Position numbers and translations under genes: made by a program
Shown: in pieces, positions 21,367 to 31,246 of the stretch
How the letters are laid out: each line of letters begins with the position of its first letter
Numbering within the stretch: position 1 is the stretch's first letter
NCBI GenBank assembly: GCA_965200245.1
Contig: CBDATS010000015.1
Location: 128,001-192,000, forward strand
Reading direction: 5' to 3'
DNA length: 64,000 nt
DNA from: a bacterium
Lineage (GTDB): Bacteria > UBA8248
The notes under the pieces: model-generated
The model's input: the letters and a program-made list of their open reading frames with translations, nothing else
Told to the model about the DNA's origin: nothing
Database searches by the model: none

Positions 21367-22353
21367 CTATTGAATACTCGCAGGAATTTTGTAACCTTTT
21401 TCCTTCCAATACCTTGCGGCCCCTGGGTGGATTTTCAGGCCGATAGCGGCCATCTGATCGAGAGCGGGGGCTACTTTGAATCCCGACACCCAACCGCGAT
21501 GTACCTTGGGTAAATATTCACGTCCCTGGTCTGAAAAGTTGATGCGCGCAACCTCATATCCTACTGATGGGGAAACGTGCGCTCCCACAACGGTCCAAGC
21601 GGTGTAGCCAACTGTGGAAACATCTTTGGTGACGCCGTTATATGAGCCAGCCGGAATGTTGATGTTGAAATAAGCCGGGCTGTCTTTCAGGAATTTTTCG
21701 AGCGTTGTACCTGTGATGGGCAATAGACGGATGGGAGCGGCGGCTGCAGCTTTGTAGAAAGCGGGCCCCGGTACGGGTAAGGGAATAGAGAATGCTTGAA
21801 TGCGATTATCCTTCATCGCGTCAGCCAATGCGCTAAAGGGCATATACTCCCGACGTACCTTGAGGCCGGCATGCTTAATCAGTCGGCTGGTCATGAAATG
21901 GGCGTTTCCGCCCTTTCTGCCGGAACTGATGGTTTTTCCGTTCAGATCATTTAAGGATTTGATGCCGGAACTTTGAAAGGTAGCCATCTGAAACATGGAG
22001 ACAGTGGCGGGGCCCATACCTCGAATATTGCGGTGTTTTTTCTTGTAGGGTTTTTTCCCGTTCAAGGCTCGAAGTACGAGACCCGCGACTCCAAGCCCGA
22101 ATTCTGCTTTTTTCCCTTCGATAAGACGGAGATCCTCTACGGCGCCACGAGTCGTCTTATTTGTCATTTTAACAGATTTTGAGTTTTGCGATACGAGATT
22201 GGCCAGACCTCCATACATCACGTAGATACTCGTGCCGGGACCGGAACCCACAACGGATACATGGGTAGGGGCTGCTGATGTATAGGAATTTGTAAGAAAT
22301 AGACATGAAATGAATATGGCAACGGTGATGGGTAAAGCTCGTACGATTTGCAT
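21367..22353 (-). CDS. TAXI-family TRAP transporter solute-binding protein
   Basis: Signal peptide, TTRGAVEDLRLI, SGIKSLNDLNGK and IHPGAARYWKEKG C-terminus. Confidence 0.9.
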   Translation of the reverse strand: MQIVRALPITVAIFISCLFLTNSYTSAAPTHVSVVGSGPGTSIYVMYGGLANLVSQNSKSVKMTNKTTRGAVEDLRLIEGKKAEFGLGVAGLVLRALNGKKPYKKKHRNIRGMGPATVSMFQMATFQSSGIKSLNDLNGKTISSGRKGGNAHFMTSRLIKHAGLKVRREYMPFSALADAMKDNRIQAFSIPLPVPGPAFYKAAAAAPIRLLPITGTTLEKFLKDSPAYFNINIPAGSYNGVTKDVSTVGYTAWTVVGAHVSPSVGYEVARINFSDQGREYLPKVHRGWVSGFKVAPALDQMAAIGLKIHPGAARYWKEKGYKIPASIQ

Positions 22354-22453
22354 TTTGACTCCTCAAAAAAGAAAAATACACACGAAAATTGATGAAAAAG
22401 GAATGGAGAGACAAGAAAACGGAGTCGGTTCACTCTCCGTTGCGTTCTTTCAT

Positions 22454-23455
22454 CTATACATTTTCTTTTAGGGCAGAGTAGTCCTCCGTATAGTTTGGAG
22501 CCGGGGTTGCCCCTTGTCCCTGAATAATGTGAATTTTGCCTTCCGTCCGGTCGGCATTCCGGAAACCTCGCTGAATACCAGTGGGCACCCAGCAAGCATC
22601 CCATGGTTCGAGAACGGCTTGGTGAATGTTTCCACGTTCATCTGCCCAGTAGACGACCCATCTGCCTTCTAGCGCGATAAAAAGTTCTTCGCAAGGGTGG
22701 TCATGTAGTGGCGCGCCTCTGCCATTGCCGCATTCCACCATAGCGTATCCGATCTCTCCCTCTGACAAAGAAGGCGGTGGGCCTTCATCCGTATCACCGG
22801 AAACGCCACCGATATAGCGCCTCAGCGAACGAACCCCCTCGGGCAATTTCGCTTCGTGATATACGTTCCAATTGCGTGGACATTCCTCGAAACGCACCAA
22901 TTGCGTGGCTGGGTCGTAAGCGGGTTGGTTGACGTAAGGTTCGGTGCGAACCCCTTCGGGCAAACGTGCCTGTAGCGATTCGGGGTAGACGGGATATTGG
23001 TAGTCGCCTTGTCCATGGATGAAGTGCAAGAATCCATCATCCTTTCCGACATTTTTGAACCCGCGCATCACACCCGAAGGAACGCGGACAAGATCATATT
23101 TGCCCAGCACGACGTTTTGCAACGCTTTGAATTCGAAATCTTCCCAGAAAATCTCGAATTCTCCTTCCCAGACCATGAAAATCTCTTCATCTGGGTGGTC
23201 GTGAAGAGGTGCGCCATTTTGAGGTGGAGTCATTACGACCCCACAAGTAAATTCCCACCCAGGAAGAGGAGAGCGAAGATTTTGACCGGAAATGCCGCCA
23301 ATGTATCGGTAGATCGCACGATGATTCCCCTCGATATGTGATTCGTGATATTCCCCCCAATCTGGAATCAATTCTCCGAAGCGAATGACTGTAACTGGCG
23401 CTACGGTTGTCTTTGGTTTGGGAGTTTGATGGGTTAAATTATTGGAAATATTCAC
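22454..23455 (-). CDS. Bicupin (tandem cupin domain) protein
   Basis: Two copies of GAPLHDHPxEE(I/L)F...VP(S/T)G..RGF.N. Confidence 0.8.
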   Translation of the reverse strand: MNISNNLTHQTPKPKTTVAPVTVIRFGELIPDWGEYHESHIEGNHRAIYRYIGGISGQNLRSPLPGWEFTCGVVMTPPQNGAPLHDHPDEEIFMVWEGEFEIFWEDFEFKALQNVVLGKYDLVRVPSGVMRGFKNVGKDDGFLHFIHGQGDYQYPVYPESLQARLPEGVRTEPYVNQPAYDPATQLVRFEECPRNWNVYHEAKLPEGVRSLRRYIGGVSGDTDEGPPPSLSEGEIGYAMVECGNGRGAPLHDHPCEELFIALEGRWVVYWADERGNIHQAVLEPWDACWVPTGIQRGFRNADRTEGKIHIIQGQGATPAPNYTEDYSALKENV

Positions 23456-23769
23456 TTTTTGTTCCCCTTTGGATAGTGATCATTACTATCTCACGAACCC
23501 CATGTTTGCTGAAATTAGTGATTGAGATAATTATGCTATCACTATCATAGATGTATTTCTATCTCTTGATATTGGGGGGATTTTGAAAAATGGTTTTTGG
23601 ATTTTGGGAGCATCTCACGATTCCAGGGAATAGAATATTCGCAATAATCTTCGTCGTTTGGGCGATTCTCCCGTATTCAGCGTTTGCCCAGCCTAGCGAT
23701 ATCGTGTTTGTGAACGGAAAAGTATTAACGGTCGATACGAACTTTTCTACACATCAGGCAGTGGCCGTT

Positions 23770-24983
23770 GGTGAAGTCCTAAACTTGCTGGATAAACAGG
23801 AGGGGTGCATCCTCGGCAGAGGCATCACACAGGCATGCCGGTGAGAGGCCGGTATCTAACCGAGGAGGCACCCCATGCAGAAGAGAATACAGGCATCCAT
23901 GCAGACCCGCCAGGCCCTGCACGCCCTGATCGAAGGTCGTCTGTCGAGTCGCGATGCGCGAGCCGACCTGGTGAAGCTGGCCACACGACTCATCGTGGAA
24001 GAAGCGCTGGAGGCGGAGAGCCGCGACGCTCTGGGCCGGGCGTACTACGAGCATGGAGCGAAGCCCGGCCAGGGCTATCGCAACGGCCAACGTCGGGGTC
24101 GTCTGAAGACGGCGGAAGGGTTCATCGAGTACGCGCCGCCTCAGATCGCCGGGCGCGAGGAAGGGTTCCACCCGGAGATCCGGGCGGGCCTCAAGGGGCG
24201 CACCGAGGCGTTAGAGGGATTGGCGGTGGAACTCCTGGCGCGCGGCCTGTCGGTACGGGACATCGAAGACGTCTTTACCGACGGGAGCGGTCGCCTTCTG
24301 CTCTCGCGCACGGCGGTCTCCGAACTCGGGGAGCGGCTCTGGGAAGACTGCCAGGAGTTCGCGTCACGGGACCTGGGCGAGTAGGAGGTCGTCTATCTGT
24401 TCATCGACGGGATTGCGGAACGTATCCACCCGGGGAGCAGGCGCGAGCCGGTACTGGCGGCCTGGGGGTTCACGGCGAACGGCGCGAAGGTGCTGCTCCA
24501 CCTGATGGCGGGTTCGAAGGAGGACACCGAAACGGGGAGCGCGTTCTTCCATGACATGCGCGCCCGCGGCCTGGGCGACCCGCTGCTGGTGGTCAGCGAC
24601 GGGGCGCCGGGCATCATCAAGGCGATCGAGACGTGCTTCCGCGATGACTTCGAGGCCTGCATCGCGCACCTGCGAGTGCCGATTAACCACCGCCGTGGCG
24701 TGTGCACGACGAACCTGCTCGAGCGGTTGTTCGTCGAGGAGCGCCGGCGGATGAAGATAATCCCCAATGCCTTCGGGGAGAAGGCCGTACGCAAGCTCAT
24801 GTGCGCCGCCATGCTCCGGGCTTCCGAGCGATGGCGGGCGCTCAGGGTCACCGGCTTCGAACGGCGCCAGATGGACGCCCTGAGAAAGGAACTGGACCAG
24901 AACTACAAGGAGGATAACGACATCAGGCAGCCCTCAGCCGGTGTGCGCCAGAAGAAATTATCCAGCATCTACAGGACTTGACC
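23770..24983 (+). mobile_element. IS256-family insertion sequence (defective)
   Basis: Imperfect 26 bp terminal inverted repeats (GGTGAAGTCCTAAACTTGCTGGATAA / GGTCAAGTCCTGTAGATGCTGGATAA, 21/26 identical). 9 bp duplication GTGGCCGTT at 23761-23769 and 24984-24992. GC is higher than the flanks. Confidence 0.92.
23875..24981 (+). pseudogene. IS256-family transposase with an internal stop and an apparent deletion
   Basis: YRNG...R.LKT, GLSVRDI, YLFIDG, LVVSDGAPG and TTNLLERLF motifs. TAG at 24382-24384. The QRC..H segment expected after AIETCF is absent. Confidence 0.85.
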
Positions 24984-26713
24984 GTGGCCGTTCAGGGCGA
25001 ACGCATAATATCTGTGGGGAATACGGCCCGGATAAGAAAGCTGATAGGCTCCAATACAAAAGTCATTGATTTGCAAGGCAAAACGCTGATTCCAGGCTTG
25101 ATCGATAATCATGTTCATTTCATCCGCCATGCGTTGCGCTGGGATCATGAAACAAGAATCGACGGAGTCACCTCACGGAAAAAGGCGCTTTCCATCATCT
25201 CCACAAAAGCGAAATCAATGAAACACGGAGAGTGGGTGCTCATCATTGGGGGATGGAGTCCCGACCAGTTTCACGATAAGCCGGAATTGTTCACAAAAGC
25301 GGAATTGGACAGGGCTTCTCCGAATAATCCGGTTTTCATCCAGCAAGCTTATCGGTTCATGATTCTGAACAGTATGGCCCTGAAGAAGGTTGGTATTGAT
25401 GAGAATTCAGAAGATCCGAGAGGATGGCGAATAGTCAGAAACGAATCCGGCGCTCCTGCGGGTGTTATTTATGGACGTCGGGCTATTTTTCGATTCTGGC
25501 GGCGTGAACTGCCAAAAGTTACGGACGACAAATAATATCAGGTCTAAAGAAACTTATGACGGACTTCAATCGTGCTGGTGTGACGAGTTTATTAGAATTG
25601 GGTGGTGGCGGAGTTCGAGATGCGACTTACAAGATGATCAAGCAAAGATTGGCTGGAAACAACGGTCTCACAATACGGATTTTTCACACACCTCGTTTCC
25701 GGGCTCGAACTCCAGAGAGAAACAAGCGAGTGATAACGCGAATTCGTAACTCCCGCCCTGATAAATCCGCGAAGATGATGGGCAATATAGCACTTGGTGA
25801 GCATATGTATGCGCCACTCCACGATTCGCTGTTCAGACCCTCCCGTTATCCGGATGAGGATTATGACGAATTCAGAAAAGTATCTGAGGTGGCCGCGGAT
25901 GTGGGATGGACGATTCACGAACATGCTTTTCGCGATACCACGATCACGAGATATCTGGACATCTTCGAGAAAATAAACAGGAAAAGGGAAATTACGAATC
26001 TGCGCTGGTCGATTCATCACGCGGATTTCATTTCTCACAGAAACATCAAGCGTGCCAAAAGGCTCGGGATGACTTTTGCCCTGCACAGTAAAATGACGAT
26101 TCTAGGTTCCGCGTTGAGACGACGATACGGAAAACGCGCTCTCTCGCTCCCGCCTTTGCGTACGGTTCAAAATAGCGGTGTTATATGGGGGCTCGGCACG
26201 GATGCTGGCGTAGTAGCTCCATATCCACCAATGCTCACCCTCTGGTGGGCCGTGACAGGCAAGGATCTGGGTGGGGAGATAGCACTCTCAGAGACAGAAA
26301 CTATTTCCAGAAAAAACGCGCTTATCGCTCATACGAGGTCAAATGCATACCTGCTTTTCAAGGAGAATGAGCTAGGTTCGATTGAAAAGGGTAAATTAGC
26401 TGATTTGGTCGTTCTTGATCGTGATTATATGACTGTTCCCGAAGAGCAAATCAAGGACATCAAGCCCTTGCTCACGATGATCGGGGGAAGGGTGGTGTTC
26501 CGATCTGGAATATGAATTTCGGGGAATTACAAACAAGAGTAATCAAAGAACTGCTAGGTTTTTCCAAGCCAGGTGGCTTTTCCTGCAGAACTTGCTAGTG
26601 CCTCCTGAAACAAGAGATTGAATTTGATGGCAAGAACCGGATAGATAACTCTGGGTATTGTAGTTACATTATGAGCAAATGTGTAATGGCGATATCCATT
26701 CGGAGGCAGAAAG

Positions 26714-27790
26714 GTGAACAAGAACGCTCAATGGGAGGCGATACTCAACCGGGACGCGACGGCAGATGGCCGTTTCGTTTACGCTGTACGCTCCACCAAA
26801 ATCTATTGCCGGCCTTCTTGTGCAAGCCGAAAGCCGAGGAAAAACAACGTATTGATCTTCGAATTTCCCGAACTGGCTGAAGCGCGCGGGTTCAGGCCTT
26901 GCCTGAGGTGCGTTCCACAGAAAGCTGGCTATGACCCCCGACTGGAGAAGGTGAGAAAAGCCGTTCGCTACATCGAGGAGTATGCCGATAAAAACCCGAC
27001 GCTCGCGGTGCTGGGATGCAGCGTGGATTTGAGTCCCCACCATTTGCAGCGTAGCTTCAAACGCGCCTTGGGTGTGACTCCCCGCCAATATGCCGAGTCA
27101 TTTAAAGTAAATAAATACAAGGGTTTGCTAAGAAAAGGACGCGATCTTTCCGGAGCGGGCTATGAAGCCGGCTATGGCTCGAGCAGCAGGGTGTACGAAG
27201 GTGCCTCGCGCTATTTTGGGATGACGCCGGCCACCTACAAAAAGGGCGGGGAGGGCGTTTCGATTCACTACGGAATCACCTCTTGCAGGCTGGGGCGGCT
27301 GTTGGTGGCAGCTACAACGAAGGGAGTGTGCCGCGTGAGTATCGGAGAGAATGTCCATGAACTCGTATCCGATCTGAAAAACGAATATCCTCTTTCGAAT
27401 CTGATTCGTAACGATGATGAATTGAAGGGATACTTGAATATAGTCGCTCGCTTGGCCAAAGGAGAATTGCCATCCGAGTTCTTGCCGATCGACGTGCGAG
27501 CCAGTGCCTTTCAGTGCCGTGTTTGGGAGTGTCTCAAATCCATTCCTCCCGGAAGTACGATGACTTATAAGGAAATAGCAGATGACTTAGGGGTTAAAAA
27601 CGGTGCGCGGGCGGTGGGAAAGGCATGCGCCGATAACCCGGTAGCACTGCTGATCCCCTGTCATCGAGCGGTTCGCAAAGATGGGGGTATTGCGGGCTAC
27701 CGCTGGGGCCTGGAGCGCAAGAAAACACTACTGGATTTGGAGAAAAACGAACAGAATATCAACAAGTTACATATGAAAAGGGAGCCATGA
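26714..27790 (+). CDS. ada: Bifunctional transcriptional activator / O6-methylguanine-DNA methyltransferase Ada
   Basis: YCRPSC...FRPCLRC Zn site, AraC-type HTH and IPCHRAV active site. Confidence 0.95.
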   Translation: MNKNAQWEAILNRDATADGRFVYAVRSTKIYCRPSCASRKPRKNNVLIFEFPELAEARGFRPCLRCVPQKAGYDPRLEKVRKAVRYIEEYADKNPTLAVLGCSVDLSPHHLQRSFKRALGVTPRQYAESFKVNKYKGLLRKGRDLSGAGYEAGYGSSSRVYEGASRYFGMTPATYKKGGEGVSIHYGITSCRLGRLLVAATTKGVCRVSIGENVHELVSDLKNEYPLSNLIRNDDELKGYLNIVARLAKGELPSEFLPIDVRASAFQCRVWECLKSIPPGSTMTYKEIADDLGVKNGARAVGKACADNPVALLIPCHRAVRKDGGIAGYRWGLERKKTLLDLEKNEQNINKLHMKREP

Positions 27791-27882
27791 AATTAGCTGC
27801 ATCCCGCTCTGTGCCGGCTGTAGGGAAGGGCACGTAGCTGTGCCCCATGTGCAGAACCTGATTTTCTCGCTGGATACCGACT

Positions 27883-29235
27883 TCAGTTCCCCACGCGCTC
27901 GACGGTATTTCCGTAGCCTGCCTTACCGGTTACTTCGCCGTTTTCCATTACGATTTCGCCGCGGACGAGCGTCATCACGGGTGCTCCCTTCATCGTCCAA
28001 CTGTCGAACGGCGTCCATTTGCACTTGGATACGATGTCCTCATCGCGGAGCGTCTCTTTCCTGTCCATGTCTACGACGATGAAATCCGCATCCGCGCCGA
28101 CTTGGATGCACCCCTTGCGGGGATAGATGTTGAAGATACGAGCGGGCTGCTCGCAGCAGACACGCACCATCTGGTGCAGGGTGAGCACACCCTCGTTCAC
28201 GGCATTGAGCATCAGGCGTACCGTTGTCTCCACGCCCGGTATTCCGAAGGGCGCCTCGTGGATGTTCTCGAGGCCGTCCACCTTCCGCTGGCGCGGGAAG
28301 GGACAGTGGTCGGTGCCAATGGTATCTACCATGCCACGTCCCAGGGCTTCGCGCATGCCGTCACGCGTTTCGGCGGAACGGATGACCGGCGTGAATTTGA
28401 CGAAAGGCCCCAGCTTTTCCAGATGTGAATGATCCAGATAGAAATACTGGGGACAGCTTTCTGCGAAAATCTGTGCTCCCCTCGCACGTGCTGCCTGAAT
28501 CGCTTCCAGAAGAACGGGCTGGCTCACGTGTGCCACCAGTACGGTGCAACCGGTGAGTTCGGCGAGTGCCACCGCGTCGAGCGTCGCCACGTATTCACTT
28601 TCCGGGTTTCGCCAGTCGCTGATGCACATGTAGTCTGTCCGGTTGTCTGCGTCGATTTGCTCTTTTGATTTCTTGAGGATGGAATCGCTCTCGCAGTGCA
28701 ACATTACCGTGCCGCCGAAGGATTTCGCCTCCCGCATGATGTTCAGGAGGATCCCCTCGGACAGGTCGGGCACGCCGTGTAGCTCGCACATGAAGCCTTT
28801 AAAGCCCAGTGCCCCGCCCTCCCACATGGGGCGCAGGTGCTTGAGGTTGTCGACGTCGAGTCCGCCCAATTGTCCAAAATCCACTACCGAGCGCGAGTCG
28901 ATGTAGGCGGTTTTATCTTCCAGAATCTCCCGCGTGTAAACGAGCGGATCGCTCCTGTGATGGTCAATCACGGTAGTGATGCCGCCCCTGGCCGCCGCCT
29001 CGGTGCCCGTCGTCCAGTCTTCCCTGTCCGTGAAGCCCGGGTCCATCATGTGCACATGTTCATCTACCATGCCCGGGAGGAGATGGCGGCCCGCGGCGTC
29101 GATTTCGCGCGCAGCGCCCGTCTCGGCTTTTTCCGTGATGGCGGAAATCCGTCCCCCCTCCACGTAGACGCAGCCTTCATACGTGTCCGTAGGCGTCACG
29201 ATTTTCGCGTTCTTGATCAATAGTTCGGCGCTCAT
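27883..29235 (-). CDS. Allantoinase/dihydroorotase-family cyclic amidohydrolase
   Basis: PGMVDEHVH, GTEAAARGGITT, GTDHCP and KGCIQVGADAD motifs. Confidence 0.85.
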   Translation of the reverse strand: MSAELLIKNAKIVTPTDTYEGCVYVEGGRISAITEKAETGAAREIDAAGRHLLPGMVDEHVHMMDPGFTDREDWTTGTEAAARGGITTVIDHHRSDPLVYTREILEDKTAYIDSRSVVDFGQLGGLDVDNLKHLRPMWEGGALGFKGFMCELHGVPDLSEGILLNIMREAKSFGGTVMLHCESDSILKKSKEQIDADNRTDYMCISDWRNPESEYVATLDAVALAELTGCTVLVAHVSQPVLLEAIQAARARGAQIFAESCPQYFYLDHSHLEKLGPFVKFTPVIRSAETRDGMREALGRGMVDTIGTDHCPFPRQRKVDGLENIHEAPFGIPGVETTVRLMLNAVNEGVLTLHQMVRVCCEQPARIFNIYPRKGCIQVGADADFIVVDMDRKETLRDEDIVSKCKWTPFDSWTMKGAPVMTLVRGEIVMENGEVTGKAGYGNTVERVGN

Positions 29236-29635
29236 GCGTATGTCCTCTCATGAATTGACGATCTCATGTGAAACTTCACGTGGTTCAAGAATGGCGTCAT
29301 TATGACGTATTCGAGAGTGGAGAGCCAAGAGGGTCGGTCATGACCGAAGACTGAAGGAGGTCTGAACTGTCGTGAGCCATACGGCATGAACGTTTTCGCG
29401 TCGGGTCGTATATTTGCGTCACAATGGTGGATTCCTGTGCGTAGCCGATCGATCCTCTGTGATTGTCCGAAAATCCTGGAATTTTCCTTTGAAAGTTCTC
29501 TCTTGGGAGTCGGGTGCCCGTCTATATTGTCGAACCTGACGTCCATGTAGGGCGCGACCGAAAGAAAGGGGTTCAAAAAACAGGAAAGGGATATTGTAGT
29601 GGGAGAGGGCAGGGTGCACCCCGACCTCGCTTGAT

Positions 29636-30526
29636 TCATTTTTTTGCTTTCGGCGCCAGCCCTAATTCCCGCCTTTTCTGAATCACACCCGAGAGGCGGT
29701 ACCACGCCGCGCGGCCGGGGTCGATGCGTGAACCACGTGTGATGAGGCGCGAGGCGAAATCTGGTTCCTTGTTCAGGTAGACGAGCAAAGAGGCAAGGTT
29801 CAAGAGTACGCCCACGTCTTCGGGCGATTTTTTTTCCGCGTCTTTCAGAATTTCTTCCGCCTCTTCGTAGCGGTATTGGGAGACCAGATATTTGGAGTAT
29901 TTGTTCGAGATGACCGGATCCTCGGGAGCGAGTTCACGGGCCTTTTGGTAAGCGGCTAGCGTTTGGTCCAGATCGCCTGCCTCGTCCATCATCTTCGCCA
30001 GCGCGAGCCACGTCTCTACGTTCCTTGGGTTGATCTGAAGGTCGCGGCGGATAAGTTTGAGAGCGTCCCCGTCTTTTTTCTTCTCCATGAGTTTGCGGGT
30101 GCGTTCATAAAGCGCGTTTGTCGTTTTCTGGAGAATGGAAAATCCCTCATCGGAATTTATGATTCTCGACGTCGCACCGAGTTCTAGGTCCTGCACCTCG
30201 GCACGTACGCCGGCGCTCAGTTCCGAAAGTTCAGCCTTGCGGGCGGCGAGCGCTTTATCCTTGAACTCATGTACCACCTTGCGGAAAGGAATCCCGAGGA
30301 TAGCTGTCTTGTCATACGCCTCTTTCGCCGTGTCGTAGTCAGGAAGTGTCAGGACGCGAAAAAAAAACGGTTCTTCGGTATTTTTTTTCTGTATGGATTT
30401 GAGTGGTGGTCGGCGTTCTTTCTTCTCCAGGGGAGGAAAAAGCGATCGGATGTTCACACAGCTCGTCAGCAGCAAGAACGCCGATGGCAAGACAGCGATT
30501 ACCAACTGCCGTCTGTATTCACGCAT
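29636..30526 (-). CDS. Lipoprotein with a parvulin-like segment and TPR repeats
   Basis: Lipobox LLLTSC; parvulin-like ...LELGATSRIINSDEGFSILQK; TPR-like helices (ETWLALA, AAYQKARELAPED). Confidence 0.7.
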   Translation of the reverse strand: MREYRRQLVIAVLPSAFLLLTSCVNIRSLFPPLEKKERRPPLKSIQKKNTEEPFFFRVLTLPDYDTAKEAYDKTAILGIPFRKVVHEFKDKALAARKAELSELSAGVRAEVQDLELGATSRIINSDEGFSILQKTTNALYERTRKLMEKKKDGDALKLIRRDLQINPRNVETWLALAKMMDEAGDLDQTLAAYQKARELAPEDPVISNKYSKYLVSQYRYEEAEEILKDAEKKSPEDVGVLLNLASLLVYLNKEPDFASRLITRGSRIDPGRAAWYRLSGVIQKRRELGLAPKAKK

Positions 30527-30533
30527 GGCGAAG

Positions 30534-31166
30534 CTAGGTGCCCGCTGTCTCAGCCAGGGCACGCTCAAAGGTTTTTACGAAAACCTCCATAGGTTGCGCG
30601 CCCGTGATTCTGTATTTGCCGGAGAAATCGACCGTGGGCGTAGACTGCATTCCTGCGTTGAGTGCTTCGACATGGTCCGTCCAGACGCGCTTTTCCATCT
30701 GCGGGTCGGCCATCACCTCGCGCATGATAGCAGTCTCCGCTCCCAGCCAATCGGCGGCAGCCACGAGCACCTCGGCGTCGTCGATGTTCCTGCATTCGAT
30801 AAGATGCGTTCGCTCCACGGCTTCCAGATATTCGCCTTCGCGATTGGGGAATTGGGCGGCAAAGGCCTTGATGGCGATCGTCCCGGGAGTGGAATGAGGA
30901 TAGGGAAAGTCGCGTTGCGCCATGAGTACAGGGTTAATCTCCTCTCCGCTTGGGTGGCTTTTCGCCATCGCCCAGTGGCCCATGATGGCCTCCTTTCGGG
31001 CAGGACGATGATCCGGCTCGGGAGAGAGAAGAAAGGCACGATAGTGGATAACAAGTCGTCCGTTCATCATCAGGCAAAGTTTTCGCAACCGCCCGGTCGC
31101 GATCAGGCACCATGCTCAGTGGACGCAATAGGTGTATATGGCTTCTACAACGGGTTCGTTTGGCAA
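30534..31166 (-). CDS. FrnE/DsbA-family thiol oxidoreductase selenoprotein (Sec at TGA 31116-31118, UxxC motif)
   Basis: The frame extends upstream of the listed ORF through one TGA: TTG start, PNEPVVEAIYTYCVH-U-AWC-LIATGRL, matching the FrnE-type CPWC site. C-terminal cis-Pro loop (QSTPT) and ITGAQP. SECIS-like hairpin present. Confidence 0.85.
31083..31102 (-). promoter_or_regulatory. Bacterial SECIS-like hairpin
   Basis: mRNA UCGCGACC-GGGC-GGUUGCGA, an 8 bp stem with a G-initiated loop 21 nt after the UGA. Confidence 0.75.
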
Positions 31167-31246
31167 TGCACAGCCCTCATCGTTCGGCGGACTTCAAGGC
31201 GCAATCCTTTCATCTTGAGCGGTGTGGCGCAAACGGCGGTCGCAAA

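Larger units (their letters stand above)
23590..26515 (+). pseudogene. Secreted amidohydrolase_3 (YtcJ-like) gene disrupted by an IS256-family element and a frameshift
   Basis: Signal peptide and DIVFVNGKVLTVD...HQAVAV, then the IS, then QGERIISVG...LIPGLIDNHVHF. One A is missing at 25530-25532. C-terminal GSIEKGKLADLVVLDRD. Confidence 0.88.

Noticed and set aside
51-24384. Three in-frame TAGs (51-53, 2540-2542, 24382-24384) as pyrrolysine or TAG reassignment
   Set aside because: rimP, infB, truB, rpsO, aspS and era all end at TAG at their expected C-termini, and two of the three affected loci carry other lesions. Nonsense mutation is the simpler explanation.
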